A DNA stretch of 25,765 nt, taken from assembly GCA_963586735.1 (NCBI GenBank), contig CAVABL010000002.1:1-25765 (forward strand), read 5' to 3'. Below are positions 22,901-25,765 of the stretch, in pieces. This DNA comes from Firmicutes bacterium TM09-10 (GTDB lineage Bacteria > Bacillota > Clostridia > Christensenellales > CAG-917). Every line of letters starts with the position of its first letter. Positions within the stretch are counted from its first letter, which is position 1. The position numbers and the translations under genes are program-made. A model generated the notes under the pieces. The model saw nothing but the letters and a program-made list of their open reading frames with translations. It had not been told where the DNA came from and made no database searches.

Positions 22901-25765
22901 GCGCTTGACAAGAATACGTCGAAACTTGCGGATTATCTCAACAGTTTCACGGTCGTCAGCGGTAAGTTTGCAAACGAAAGCTCGATGAACAACTTCGACG
23001 TCGAGTGGGATTTGAGCGAACTCAACAAGGCGATTAACCAAATCACCTCAAACGGAACGGTCAACTTCTACAAAGGAATCGACGTGACGGTCAAGGCAAA
23101 AGTCGGCGGTCAAAAGTTCAGCATTTCGACTACGGTCACGAAGAAGACTATCGGCGACGACTCATACGGCTTTGTCGGCAAGAATGAAACGTTCAGCGGA
23201 TACCTCGCACAAGAAGTCAACGTGAGAATCGTCGTCAATCCGTACGTTTACGATTCGATGGTCAACGACGTGACGTTCGATCAATACAAGTATTCCGCAA
23301 TCACGGCGGACTCGCTCGGCTCTACGTTCAAACTCTACGTCAAGGACGCAAGCGGCAATAAGGTTCAAAAGACTTTGAACGTCGGTTCGGGACTCGAAGT
23401 TTCCGCGCCTTACGTCAAGATCGGCAACGGATATTTCGACGCATACAACAACTCCGTGCACAAACTGACGGCGGATGAAATCACCTACAACGGTTATAGC
23501 AACTCGACGCGCTATCCGCTCTATGCGAAATTCGTCATCGGCACGGAATTCAGCGGTAAACAGACGGTCTACGTGCCAATCAAGATAAACGAGCGCAAAG
23601 CGACGACGTTTGACGAAACCGTCGAGGCGGAAGACGTGTTCAACCCGACTTGGTTCAATACGGACGCACGCAAGAGTTATAGCGTGTCAATCGGCACGGG
23701 GCAATACACGATGTACCCCGATTGGAGCACGGTGAAGTATTACACCAACGCCGCATGCACAAAACTCAAAGCGGCGCAGAATATCTTTGACGGCGGCACG
23801 ATTTACGCACAGGTCGAGGCAAAGGTGCTTGACGAAAACGGCAACGCGCTTGCTCTCGTCAACACAGGAAACGTCGACGAGAACGGCGACAAGATCTACG
23901 AGGCGCAAAAGATAACTATCCGTCTCAACGTCGAAAAACAGACGATCACGTCGGTCAACTTCTTCTGTGACGAGGAGATCGGCGACGTTGCGGCATACGT
24001 AAGATCGCTTGAAATTCTCACCGAAGAGGATCGAAACGTCAAACTCGCCGCACTCAATGAAAAACTCAAAGATCAAAGCAAGTACACCGGCACGGTTTAC
24101 GAGCAAACGCATATCGTCACGCAAACAGACGAGGAAGGCAATATTGTCAAGACGACTGCGTACGGCATCGATCCTATCAACTTTGCAACCAACCCGACCG
24201 ACTACTTCAAGACGAGCGACTGGGGCGACGCAATCGGCGGAACATCCGTTTTGGTGAACTTGTCAAACGGCGAGAAGTATATTGCGTACATTGCGTCGTT
24301 CACAAGCGCATTGCCGACGTTGAGCGTAAACGGACTTGCGTACAGAGCGTATGCGACGATAGGCAATCAACGCGTCGCAATCAATATGAACATCCCGTCG
24401 TACAACTTCATAAACGGAGAATTCGAGGACGGAACGCTCACCGCAAAGGGCGGCAAGATAGCAGGCGAGGGCGACAAAGTGCTCGAACTCACGTATAACG
24501 TGTTCAACGCTTGGAACTTGCCTTCAAAGGCATCCGTAACGACGGCGCAAGGCAAGAGCGAACTCACGGTTGACGTCAAGTGGCTTGACAATTCCGCACC
24601 CGAAAAGGACGAAATCGTCACCGACGAGAACGGCGAAAAATACGTCGAACGCAAGTATGCGTTCTTTGACGAACTCTCGTTGCGCTATCCGCAAGAGGAC
24701 GGCTTCACGGCAAGAATCTATCTCGAAGGATTCAACGAAAAGGTCGATATCTCGTTCGCTGGAAAGGGCACGACTTACGATGTGTTTGACGAGTTTAAGT
24801 TTGCAACCACGGCAACCGTCACGACGGGCGGAGTCGCATACAACGACGTGCCGCTCCACTGGGTTGACGCGAGCATGCCCACACGCGATGAAGTCGCAAG
24901 CGGTTCGTTCACGCGCAAGGCGTATGTAATCGGCGAATTCGCAAACGGCGAAATCGTCGTTCAGGACTTCACGTTCAAGATCAACACCGACTTCACGCTC
25001 GACGGCATCAACGGATCGTACAAGGGCGGATTCAACGTCGAATTGAGCGCGGATAACTTCTATGCGGGCTTGCTCAAAGCAACGACGCTCAACGTGAACG
25101 ACAAACGAATCCCCGTCACGCTCGGCTGGAGCGACAACTACACCGCAACGGACGGCTACGACGGACTTATGACGCTTACGATAAAGAGCGAATATCTTGA
25201 AAGCGACGTCACCGCAACCGTCAAAGTCGCAAAGGCGGGCATCATCGCTCTCGCGGACGGCTCGGTTTACGATCTCGATCCCGTCGGAATCAAGAATACG
25301 CTCTTTGCAAACGGCGCGGACGTCAAGGTCAAAGTCAACGGCACGAACAAGGAACAAATCGTCAAGGCGTATTATGAATTTGACGACGCACAGTTCTATG
25401 CAACCGTCTCCGACTACTTCGGCAAGAAGTACACGGTCAAGGTGACGTATAGATACAACGCAGGCAAGGACTACAACGAGGAATACGGCGAAATCACGGT
25501 TTACGTTCTGAACAGAAAGATCGAATACGTCACAAACATTTCGGAACGCACGATCGTCATCGACACGTTCATCCACAAGGATTCGTCGCACCTTGCAAAC
25601 GTCGTGAACGTCACAACGATTGACGGCAATACGTTTGACGCATACTTCGATTGGTCCGACATCGACAGATTCATCAAGAACGCAAGAAGCAATAACTCCT
25701 ATATGGCAACGGCAATCTACGGCGTTGCAAGAGCGGACGGCGACTACGTGCTTGCAGACATCACC
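1826..25765 (+). CDS. Giant surface lipoprotein, at least 7,980 aa, 3'-truncated by the window; tandem LolA/LppX-like modules plus a C-terminal Ig-like array
   Basis: Hand translation of the frame with codon starts = 2 mod 3 gave no stop from MRMRKLSLV... to ...DYVLADIT. The ORF track lists no + ORF in this frame after 1738, as expected if it never closes. Codon bias is strong and uniform, and promoter, SD and signal peptide precede or start the frame. Confidence 0.95.
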   Translation, partial: MRMRKLSLVLLLVLVSVMLFGMVACNPTTDGNKTNPVIPTPTPSPDDDDTGEYIGSQQAWNIFKAAALAEAGGEKDKRYINVDTAFVMGFAKDAYDSLIVARFASKIDTQDDDGSQILIEFRKLTNAEIAGRNTDYDSVCEMAKNGEGTLLFGAYYYEGKLVADMRGIKKGDGVHVVYTDTIDMTKFVSKFSDALDELNLTSVLYDTLMGYDIGGLVNSLIKMDIAKLTVEQLLVNIIFGASKSTLVDYGNGRQVLRMPCDLGLIVSLIPIVQGLIPENIIGLVKDVLGLDLGKLGALAGMALYLEADIERGSLKGVTFDIDANLNSYGIEGLQEKYGTFQSEFGITLGHAKTTFAGFPDLDVVETLKNREGENGKNVYETVAEAQNKYSFLTLGGAITFSLDFNEKTVSIDNIIGSFGTLLTNLLNQNLDAKMLDALKPLFAKEISFADGTVQLTINLQAHIDTKNSKNTKFAVEIIGNGGKKRVTAYYTGERNGVYIDASGLLGSNGTKFKIDDINVNELLSSLIDKAFDAIKGAIGNLQGGATTQNVQQALVDSGEIVIQHGAYQAADEEGSVDVLSLVSMILEHININKDENIFNIKGIEVQLTRDLLDTIFDMVFTGANAGADIPISDAALVYTNYGAQQEKTLNLTADLGVSGAEPLVSVGLGVELLFGKLGNENALQTILNNLDRELESNPKAYLPILKNGKFNTDLLHLNLSTGLVIDVNTLEGELAKLNVNLPNQDIGSLFKGVLVNVLLELGNIDGGLQLDVNADLDLTHGFKSEDIFGTLLKSSAKIVVSKRSNGEEVLSVYMQDGYAYINVDLLCVNVKKVKLDLSEIAGLLASGSDDASAQALVAGDTTEEGGTDISQILGLVSGLIDGFSIGNHAIEIMLASNLFETVLGMLNIEGVDIQFASTEFDGGIRLALNDGINLSQLQLGVFVAIGNNVNFNVSLNGLSAGMNDVATPYFTDDGRNANEYTEILDYPFVAIDMALGLSVNADQGKRELVFGEGTHWLNDEGEYIAIETTPAPADYTGKFYYKDINGNFKVENKTTATLAFDEQMEINYELRIAGQLDLSPIIDYVLGAGQIDTANNVSELLIELTGRKYAEERKVLLGLYYTGRALYIDATNFGLNKVKTDIDLYEVILALIAKDTTIQINGVSIADAMTAAEESEDAQAAKRALALDIIAVLSSDNVKIKIAKGLTEVLYNVIGIDANEITAWAQIAWASVQDKFDNKPVRIAIDVNNEAGASVGGAEIYVGTVLRRLDESTGTYGDYLEAINFAIGGDAIEPLRIVRENLDIALTEYLQDSNRGTFDTVDLVNENGDLTIPSIYAELKGTFSIGAEAGNQSWTVGEWIAQFLGDDNPDIKSFVNQLLVTYKVPVEAGADIGFRIALNAKLNPDVPIDLTQNVAFVKYDNSRLAELADYAEVYKLVKSKYTLLTASEREIGGKEAYTGDVFLKQYLADGIALSEVTDLGYTGEGYVKLNDNYVKVNVTEENAGAFGTIYTAASLLDIGYIAAHSDIAIEIYNKAIGDIDSMSNAEKNEHIILALRLQSTGENVEGKTVSSVYLDLGTDFHVALANLDLAALIGGLTDKSGDSGETASAAADGGIDIMSLLGSVLGGIIGYLGVDSQGVKINFAEGLVVTLVQMLAGKEINPEKFVKLNSDRSYLAFRWKYNLALALQIDPAKLSLELSEINLALGKDTGVLPDDFDDSIYTTIDNLDTLSVNIELGLDLQIKGQEEQVRLEKYIDLFLADLGITLGLDMFDDIDYQIGISIGANLALNEPNDSNIILEIKNKVTGTTILAVYVEGGNIYFDFGILGKEPFYLEQTNLCETVCDAIVKALGDISSSASGDAAVAADDSTSNRADEQMQVIFDIADGKIGVLVMQNVLVGLIAALTSNGSGNLDIADIVEKLDLDITVDVDLQLKPAITLAVNLDSKLLALGVSVDNIDLATGKYSDAYKSVAAKAKAGIHDVNYVEIADGEVYTDTRYAKDENGNFVEAEDGTYKKIAYYEELKNAHIIALDLSLILDYYSSATYTLVTDEKALEAFSPQDRYSHNAHDGRFVQDPEGTYIRDGFAFDELLNMILSNESLKDVLSTMLPQIRINVDDDEFHAELQKDKFSLGDLLERVGLNLVLFDQIDDGMKIDVQARLNLQELGFDDISKIDIDNLNLDVDTILKGLEACISVDFDYENRLDKDVKINVYLINGVLYLDLEGVGGPKVQVDVMDLLADLGIEIGGNSDAKVAADDTTEESGLNVAELLNMIVSKLVLQARPWIETDTTKGNRLEYLGVFVKANFINDLLSMVFGTKMNSKNVIVDPDQSGIYLYPQTDKFKQYGMDNALSLSLEVALANKKDPLNKDKNGNFRQYTYDIDLALDATIDLESVDTNATLLDMDKRVEFISLDEYIENIVALIGGFRGENYKKESNPADSTIYYTFKEDANGEYLLKTGMYRKPNFNIDANGAYVFDETSGEYRLVNDGEVLPEGTKRYSKEDLAGVTMYSRAYAIVRTSPEDGKQYAYHVTYVADENGDYVYDAEKDVYVNRNDEDAPAGATYKKVETAMTVTEKDSDGKEVTRNALASDVKLYERCDVESYQDQNVSLSVSGLIYFNSSSAEVANAGGLLPNALRDMIINLQTMSAFNAGIGLRVSANIDLAALDLQGLASGGTFAEFIANSDMSKVELAIEFVDVNADGYFAKYDTAKGSKDGNEKVLGGLYLSGGTLYIDFTGVVGTAENYSKIENFISFAKKVADKIGSLNNKDEQNGASTASDEVQSTAERDALVMVAYSDARFQIQLTRALIAFVLASFMPDLGSLEDVFDVFNVSLGVDLGEPVYKKISEVADETERAKFDNEYKEDRYKYYEEEEYFDATLDNYYVAGGSYYAASTTDVYVLNDSGGTVGEKDRYDKLDLTNGKKYGIYGGNSHVQITAQVNGKYVHSNSDYYAKIDESATPVSLRSYRMYRNGTSTVTDTYIEGQTYVIFNGSQCQIKSLQTRKFGYEKDTDGEYYRTVNLYTAINEYYLGLDIAIGCINMGLKLGGITLDFGAGDGLLPTYIRDGKAHSVLVEANDGTNKEIEYTDETKDSYTFDDVPTNMFYDTIITVGVSVEFEFGMTEGTLDFGTILSAIVGDLTGVVVEMPTTTKGYTSAHFRLDVSLMVDIYDLTKSELKIELINVTETGYESVWLGAYYVNNTIYVNLEEAFNIQKFAIGGLNIAEMLKDYIIDFDDEEMFVAGSSSKAVSSGDAFVASNAFQSDAQTSDAQSSTVSLSDKELALSVLIDKDLLTLKLGNKLFDTIIEYIPEDLLGFDIKDLFYQEVNGGVQVELNTSDSLNLSVGVALGLDGDRYNKDSSYTGTEAEKTALIAKVKEETSAYYVFRQDDNGYYTKESNGTYIRAIAPDMSVLAAERYSKFRISYSTESNKLYLRQVVDNGKSDGSEVYKEYTDAAGSTIIGEDLTASETSAVDIYKLTVGAVANKSFVKDGAKYDTTLSLSLAIKNLNVAFTNSRTYVLSGDELAEYTNMDDVDRFTLSETIDISTQFKTGDGNDIDLSAVLQSFFPSLTDDQLLVIKAQSDTNGDVERSLQLVVDADIQIAALLNFMRTELVKYVGDSDQFDGDMDLFSVLDLLKQVIEQLKNNTDQLTSLIADIASYVNLSVRLQTKGGNDTEYHDMLGVYMIGGEFSLLTDEERNDTNSANYVDPSERYDHYFETKGGSYYLGTDGKYQYITSSEYAGTRYSYDSSYCYKNTKGNYKRTNGGLFVDLSYFNLPSLRIDANEIRSLVGSLLASSSASDAMVADDTTSDDEDGGISFPLVKDDKILGYIRTFAYGLQVTSRYVRVLAKADYLNSILSLIMGENAIQFDEDGFVNKPNVTLYTDNTRYTYENVGTKMFDFIEKVHALDKTASDYNAQKKALVNDFERVLNKSKYLFDITEYYGENYTEGVYYKTSDGAFVQKNDMSTTELAEYNAKVKANVDGKNEYKYYSIKKVESYLKVTNGGTTNYVKYSEATQAQINNCAKIDEVTDGTNTYHLQEIYGLRVPELYEYNETTKEYSVADAKYFIVEPLKAKNEFVSINLYLWNHKVSLAINAPIVGVTEFEYVTGEDAMNNYDISNIAAGARYVNKNEDIYTSVDKESDGTSNWKFDYYTNSKFDFNKYFTEDGTNYPRYYEYKSQYIEINENTLYVKKGANTFEKAANSKAEFPNFLVEMDTEGTEYYVKTDTAYVLMQRVFIYRRYTYNTQKKVLLDANDTTTPSNEYWVKVQQTSSVTQPDFSKPEYDDYAYDEYVDSDDLYFLSLALRGSLFVQAGKIYFDYATYEEVYESIHKTALTTDAVKDALYKKYHGDYVKLASTDDADTLKENNNLYVLVNSTLGDKYGKVDEALGDVLGGIVGALTGKFQITEDMTFNVYFSLRLNLSFKLYILPSFGIDVRDLDVAIDVWGEQNDLMTNGNYVTSVDRDNNDYDGKLLDGTKPHILGIYYDNDKDTGKAGLYVDAEALLGKDAKLFVDMSEYSLEDVISGLVANIGTSSADAAVASDSVTEKNPDKQSADTTSLFVNIFTNALALNVTSGFAKVLVKELLPDNASIADLLPNLKVYLKQNLNPYDITIGAILFNEKGDIPVFNLGLNIQGMNGTDESSSIAFGKKETIIAMQQGSMDIFYYANFYRDNSNNDYSNYYGKNFNEKDYVKLFRDKDGNDYYFKGETYVELAEAEKETYTGKIYKQVNNAYVELAETEKETYDGKLFRKADGYTLETSTDGLYVATAEEGGGYAIYKSKDGKIAGPEDRYMKAAPVMSQLLATRQTAYNDIVYTDVDGIYMPVHEKLNDIAGNDNVTGSNYRYLVGTSQFAAYTGTLYIVDENSNYVRTNKDELQGYTGSGALQYALASDYTSASESEIARKVTFNKQVYYPIDTNNDGCTDMAEADAFKAAYPSATVFKQVTDFTNYTKALSLNLGDLLGGAEFNVASMLAELQCIELGLNLNIAMTLNDVINWTYQLTRFIDSKEIAEYVYFIATSLQNSKEFQSLIGFDFDVKVYLQTANLVKMLGGDTSVGILQVLEGAKIYVDLTYETNFHGDKKPHAYLWVEIKNGKLYLNIDVSEIGDIVGWGDFFSYGVIEGLDLSSILGGDASTAFAQASVAADDDEVNTGILPANIWNIIDVVVGRLLFANDFINIGLNETLIADLIGMLADSDNEILSGIGQFLPKLRTTDTKDTSGVTINFYGNSPSIDINLGFKVGTLFYDTVADFNAYYGASGKYTQSEDWTGTTFVKESDGTYTEGKVTNEDGTIDKDNTYVLMSTDDYALVAYAYPAWAGDTYDYDVTNDKFTKNENGKGAYLKQGDFAVAVSLGKIYAKVNKDFSVDKDSVFADKTADGKVNYEYVESENGEFVKDGETYRLATTADTGTRYARNATYDKYVALQNATAHLEMSIEISLYGSGNAGNANVIDLSEILDLVMGLINPDSAISGSQLKLNIVNEFGNDSGAYLMLDLVANIDVENFKVELGLQLNKHAKGSVKKTLIGIYLVEDTIYVDLSGILGNTAKIAVTDLNLTGLLESTLGKFLATEEENTASGASVASNVDIQTIENNKDHLKNYAYFMINVTPQKLLLQLNADLVNAIYKKIMQIRGMEQKNLIPDVGDLLFRMDSSTTGAKKYVKFASEEEKNEYTGTTYKKDGVRYVEVTDGTKGDYYQNGNKTTFSLNLRFSDGLYFCLDIPSMDISKNIEGNSVVDTFNLNCTDKYVEIATVATFEGQKYTKNSDGTYSAFNGTTSTDTTYYKRVLAPSGYYEILSLDLEGLIGGTTTFDISSLNLPTIGLAASLEVTMTSKNLKPGDNGYDDSLAGWLIDLLGNLLGGQSLFGKFEALTVTNGKLYDGTTEYTGKVYTKSGDTYEVYTSKDYSSGTFYKYTMADINITFASEAVNLTIDIAANVNLAPILAYGIGGILFSDIAVDVKAGDPINSTVLSLYYLGSSRLMKQSESDGKWELGTATQAGYSSNAIFSDALYIDASGLGLGKIKFQGIAGLLGASPNYAQSADATVSSDATTSDAETSAEAKAAAASALYLEVDIENGRLSVSFDSAFISTLIGMLNIDLGSIELPPIKSVKLDVNLDESGFDSVNLNAQLDSVGTGANIAVKNVDLGLGESKVDTEKLINSVKTGYAGLTYSKTSGLMSLVQNVIDNLKPGLNINIQNKVWQAILKSDTYGSYDHSSITLSGRKEFIATNLVDGNDTDRRYNIRLGLKSTRSDAKLNVIVGGNNIFLTDISLEGTLIGWVKNLSSVLNCIDLGSMLGSSPMLALVSGTDGDDATYEYPTAKTAADIMTTAAGWQSDGSYSYPIKTDNLIKSVDVNLFNSYEYWPYFDNATAVSSGAGKISAKIELNKDAYNELIIAVSCIVMGLLKDGIDGDDGEPYFADVTRIGNSTNKSLSDVIIQNAGKNNTAIGNTDEITKFFNGLDTLVKANASTQDKVNYVEPFMRSIPLTLVKWIIKCVAVPAINVSIASWSTIKNLAASSLEDLEKLIGGILPLPFASGVINPSINIYIDLNPKASEYDSKTTYTVKPGIQAIEIMVNGRKNGTGTSMLYNKAQSTDKGSMKFMINGGGAVSGTVENSTTTTTSIGEAWDFFMLRITPYSIGNTDYTTGLLQFDDSESASNIGVEPPKEIVIEDPATRKGYALSGGARKDFELRDSFFFDSTLFPQKAQVNFPIWSESDQMTSYNAGSQYQDATGTFIVWDAASVDLTAATSETVDPNGRRLAGYVYGYALNTVLYAIPVYVTNDKELQSVKGLYKDADGSFNAKSLSLDIDSTKNTYMSALPDLVKISFTSGSYTFGTYLTDSLGNMAYAVIDPFGSAPYQTIDGSKYQILTQPTTEEKNNGAEDNLNSDGNKYLLMPAYVAGLVKDSDGKYKTVSVGTKTYYVLSRANLPTGKQFPAGTIAWDTDDFTYDWQGSTDWKSGDSTNVVKVGFTYQWGLGKEVKDTLELNAKNYKISRLTTMATSAADTSPVTLKSARDKDGNYTTYLELDSIALDKNTSKLADYLNSFTVVSGKFANESSMNNFDVEWDLSELNKAINQITSNGTVNFYKGIDVTVKAKVGGQKFSISTTVTKKTIGDDSYGFVGKNETFSGYLAQEVNVRIVVNPYVYDSMVNDVTFDQYKYSAITADSLGSTFKLYVKDASGNKVQKTLNVGSGLEVSAPYVKIGNGYFDAYNNSVHKLTADEITYNGYSNSTRYPLYAKFVIGTEFSGKQTVYVPIKINERKATTFDETVEAEDVFNPTWFNTDARKSYSVSIGTGQYTMYPDWSTVKYYTNAACTKLKAAQNIFDGGTIYAQVEAKVLDENGNALALVNTGNVDENGDKIYEAQKITIRLNVEKQTITSVNFFCDEEIGDVAAYVRSLEILTEEDRNVKLAALNEKLKDQSKYTGTVYEQTHIVTQTDEEGNIVKTTAYGIDPINFATNPTDYFKTSDWGDAIGGTSVLVNLSNGEKYIAYIASFTSALPTLSVNGLAYRAYATIGNQRVAINMNIPSYNFINGEFEDGTLTAKGGKIAGEGDKVLELTYNVFNAWNLPSKASVTTAQGKSELTVDVKWLDNSAPEKDEIVTDENGEKYVERKYAFFDELSLRYPQEDGFTARIYLEGFNEKVDISFAGKGTTYDVFDEFKFATTATVTTGGVAYNDVPLHWVDASMPTRDEVASGSFTRKAYVIGEFANGEIVVQDFTFKINTDFTLDGINGSYKGGFNVELSADNFYAGLLKATTLNVNDKRIPVTLGWSDNYTATDGYDGLMTLTIKSEYLESDVTATVKVAKAGIIALADGSVYDLDPVGIKNTLFANGADVKVKVNGTNKEQIVKAYYEFDDAQFYATVSDYFGKKYTVKVTYRYNAGKDYNEEYGEITVYVLNRKIEYVTNISERTIVIDTFIHKDSSHLANVVNVTTIDGNTFDAYFDWSDIDRFIKNARSNNSYMATAIYGVARADGDYVLADIT
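15948..16063 (+). repeat. Recent 69-bp (23-aa) in-frame tandem duplication
   Basis: CATACGTTGAACTTGCCGAA is identical at 15948 and 16017; protein YVELAEAEKETYTGK / YVELAETEKETYDGK. Confidence 0.9.
16568..16603 (+). other. EF-hand-like Ca2+-binding loop within the giant protein
   Basis: DTNNDGCTDMAE matches D1-x-N3-x-D5-G6-x-x-D9-x-x-E12 and is followed by helical ADAFKAAY. Confidence 0.5.
21790..25765 (+). repeat. Tandem divergent bacterial Ig-like (Big_4/PF07532-like) domains, ~11 in window, continuing beyond it
   Basis: Recurring pattern h-x-h-D-P/x...LP-x-x-h-x-V...V-x-W...G...h-x-h-x-V, e.g. FPQKAQVNF..IVWD, LPDLVKISF..IAWD, LPSKASVTT..VKW. Conserved Trp codons at 22022, 22634, 23006, 23723, 24581, 24860, 25127 and 25652. 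Confidence 0.65.

Noticed and set aside
2181..25445. Short plus-strand ORFs rich in S/T/R in the other two frames
   Set aside because: These are frame-shifted readings of the giant CDS; the composition reflects its C-ending codon bias.
1955..25591. Long minus-strand ORFs (418, 777, 448, 516, 562, 355 aa etc.)
   Set aside because: They are in codon register with the giant sense gene. Antisense stops need sense TTA/CTA/TCA codons, which this gene rarely uses. The translations are V/D/R/F-rich mirror sequences with no recognisable motifs.
1826..25765. Genetic-code reassignment, frameshifting or several fused genes as an explanation for the missing ORF call
   Set aside because: The frame is open under the standard code with no internal stops. 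It is absent from the track only because it does not terminate in the window.

Overview
This is a bacterial window, probably from a Bacillota/Clostridia-like organism; that is inferred from the consensus sigmaA promoters, GGAGG SD and lipoprotein style and is not proven. It contains two real genes, divergently transcribed. (1) 281-1336 (-) is a 351-aa DUF1624/HGSNAT-catalytic-like membrane acyltransferase, apparently leaderless, followed by a non-coding 20-bp tandem array cut by the window start. (2) From ATG 1826 (+), one uninterrupted frame runs off the window end at 25765, giving at least 7,980 codons. The ORF track misses it because no stop lies in the window, and the track's ORFs downstream of 1826 are shadows of it. 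By hand translation it is a giant lipoprotein: an SPase II signal peptide (MVA-C25), a Pro/Thr/Asp tether, about 15 tandem divergent beta-sheet/helix modules with a LolA/LppX-like strand pattern, then at least ~11 divergent Big_4-like Ig domains. Modules 2-15 each carry a conserved 'A-x-V-A-A/S-D' loop motif, and modules 4-14 are decorated with scattered, sometimes nested, Tyr/Asp/Lys-rich mini-domain inserts. This poly-module putative lipid-binding lipoprotein is the best candidate for an undescribed system. Fold and function calls are inferences that need structure prediction.
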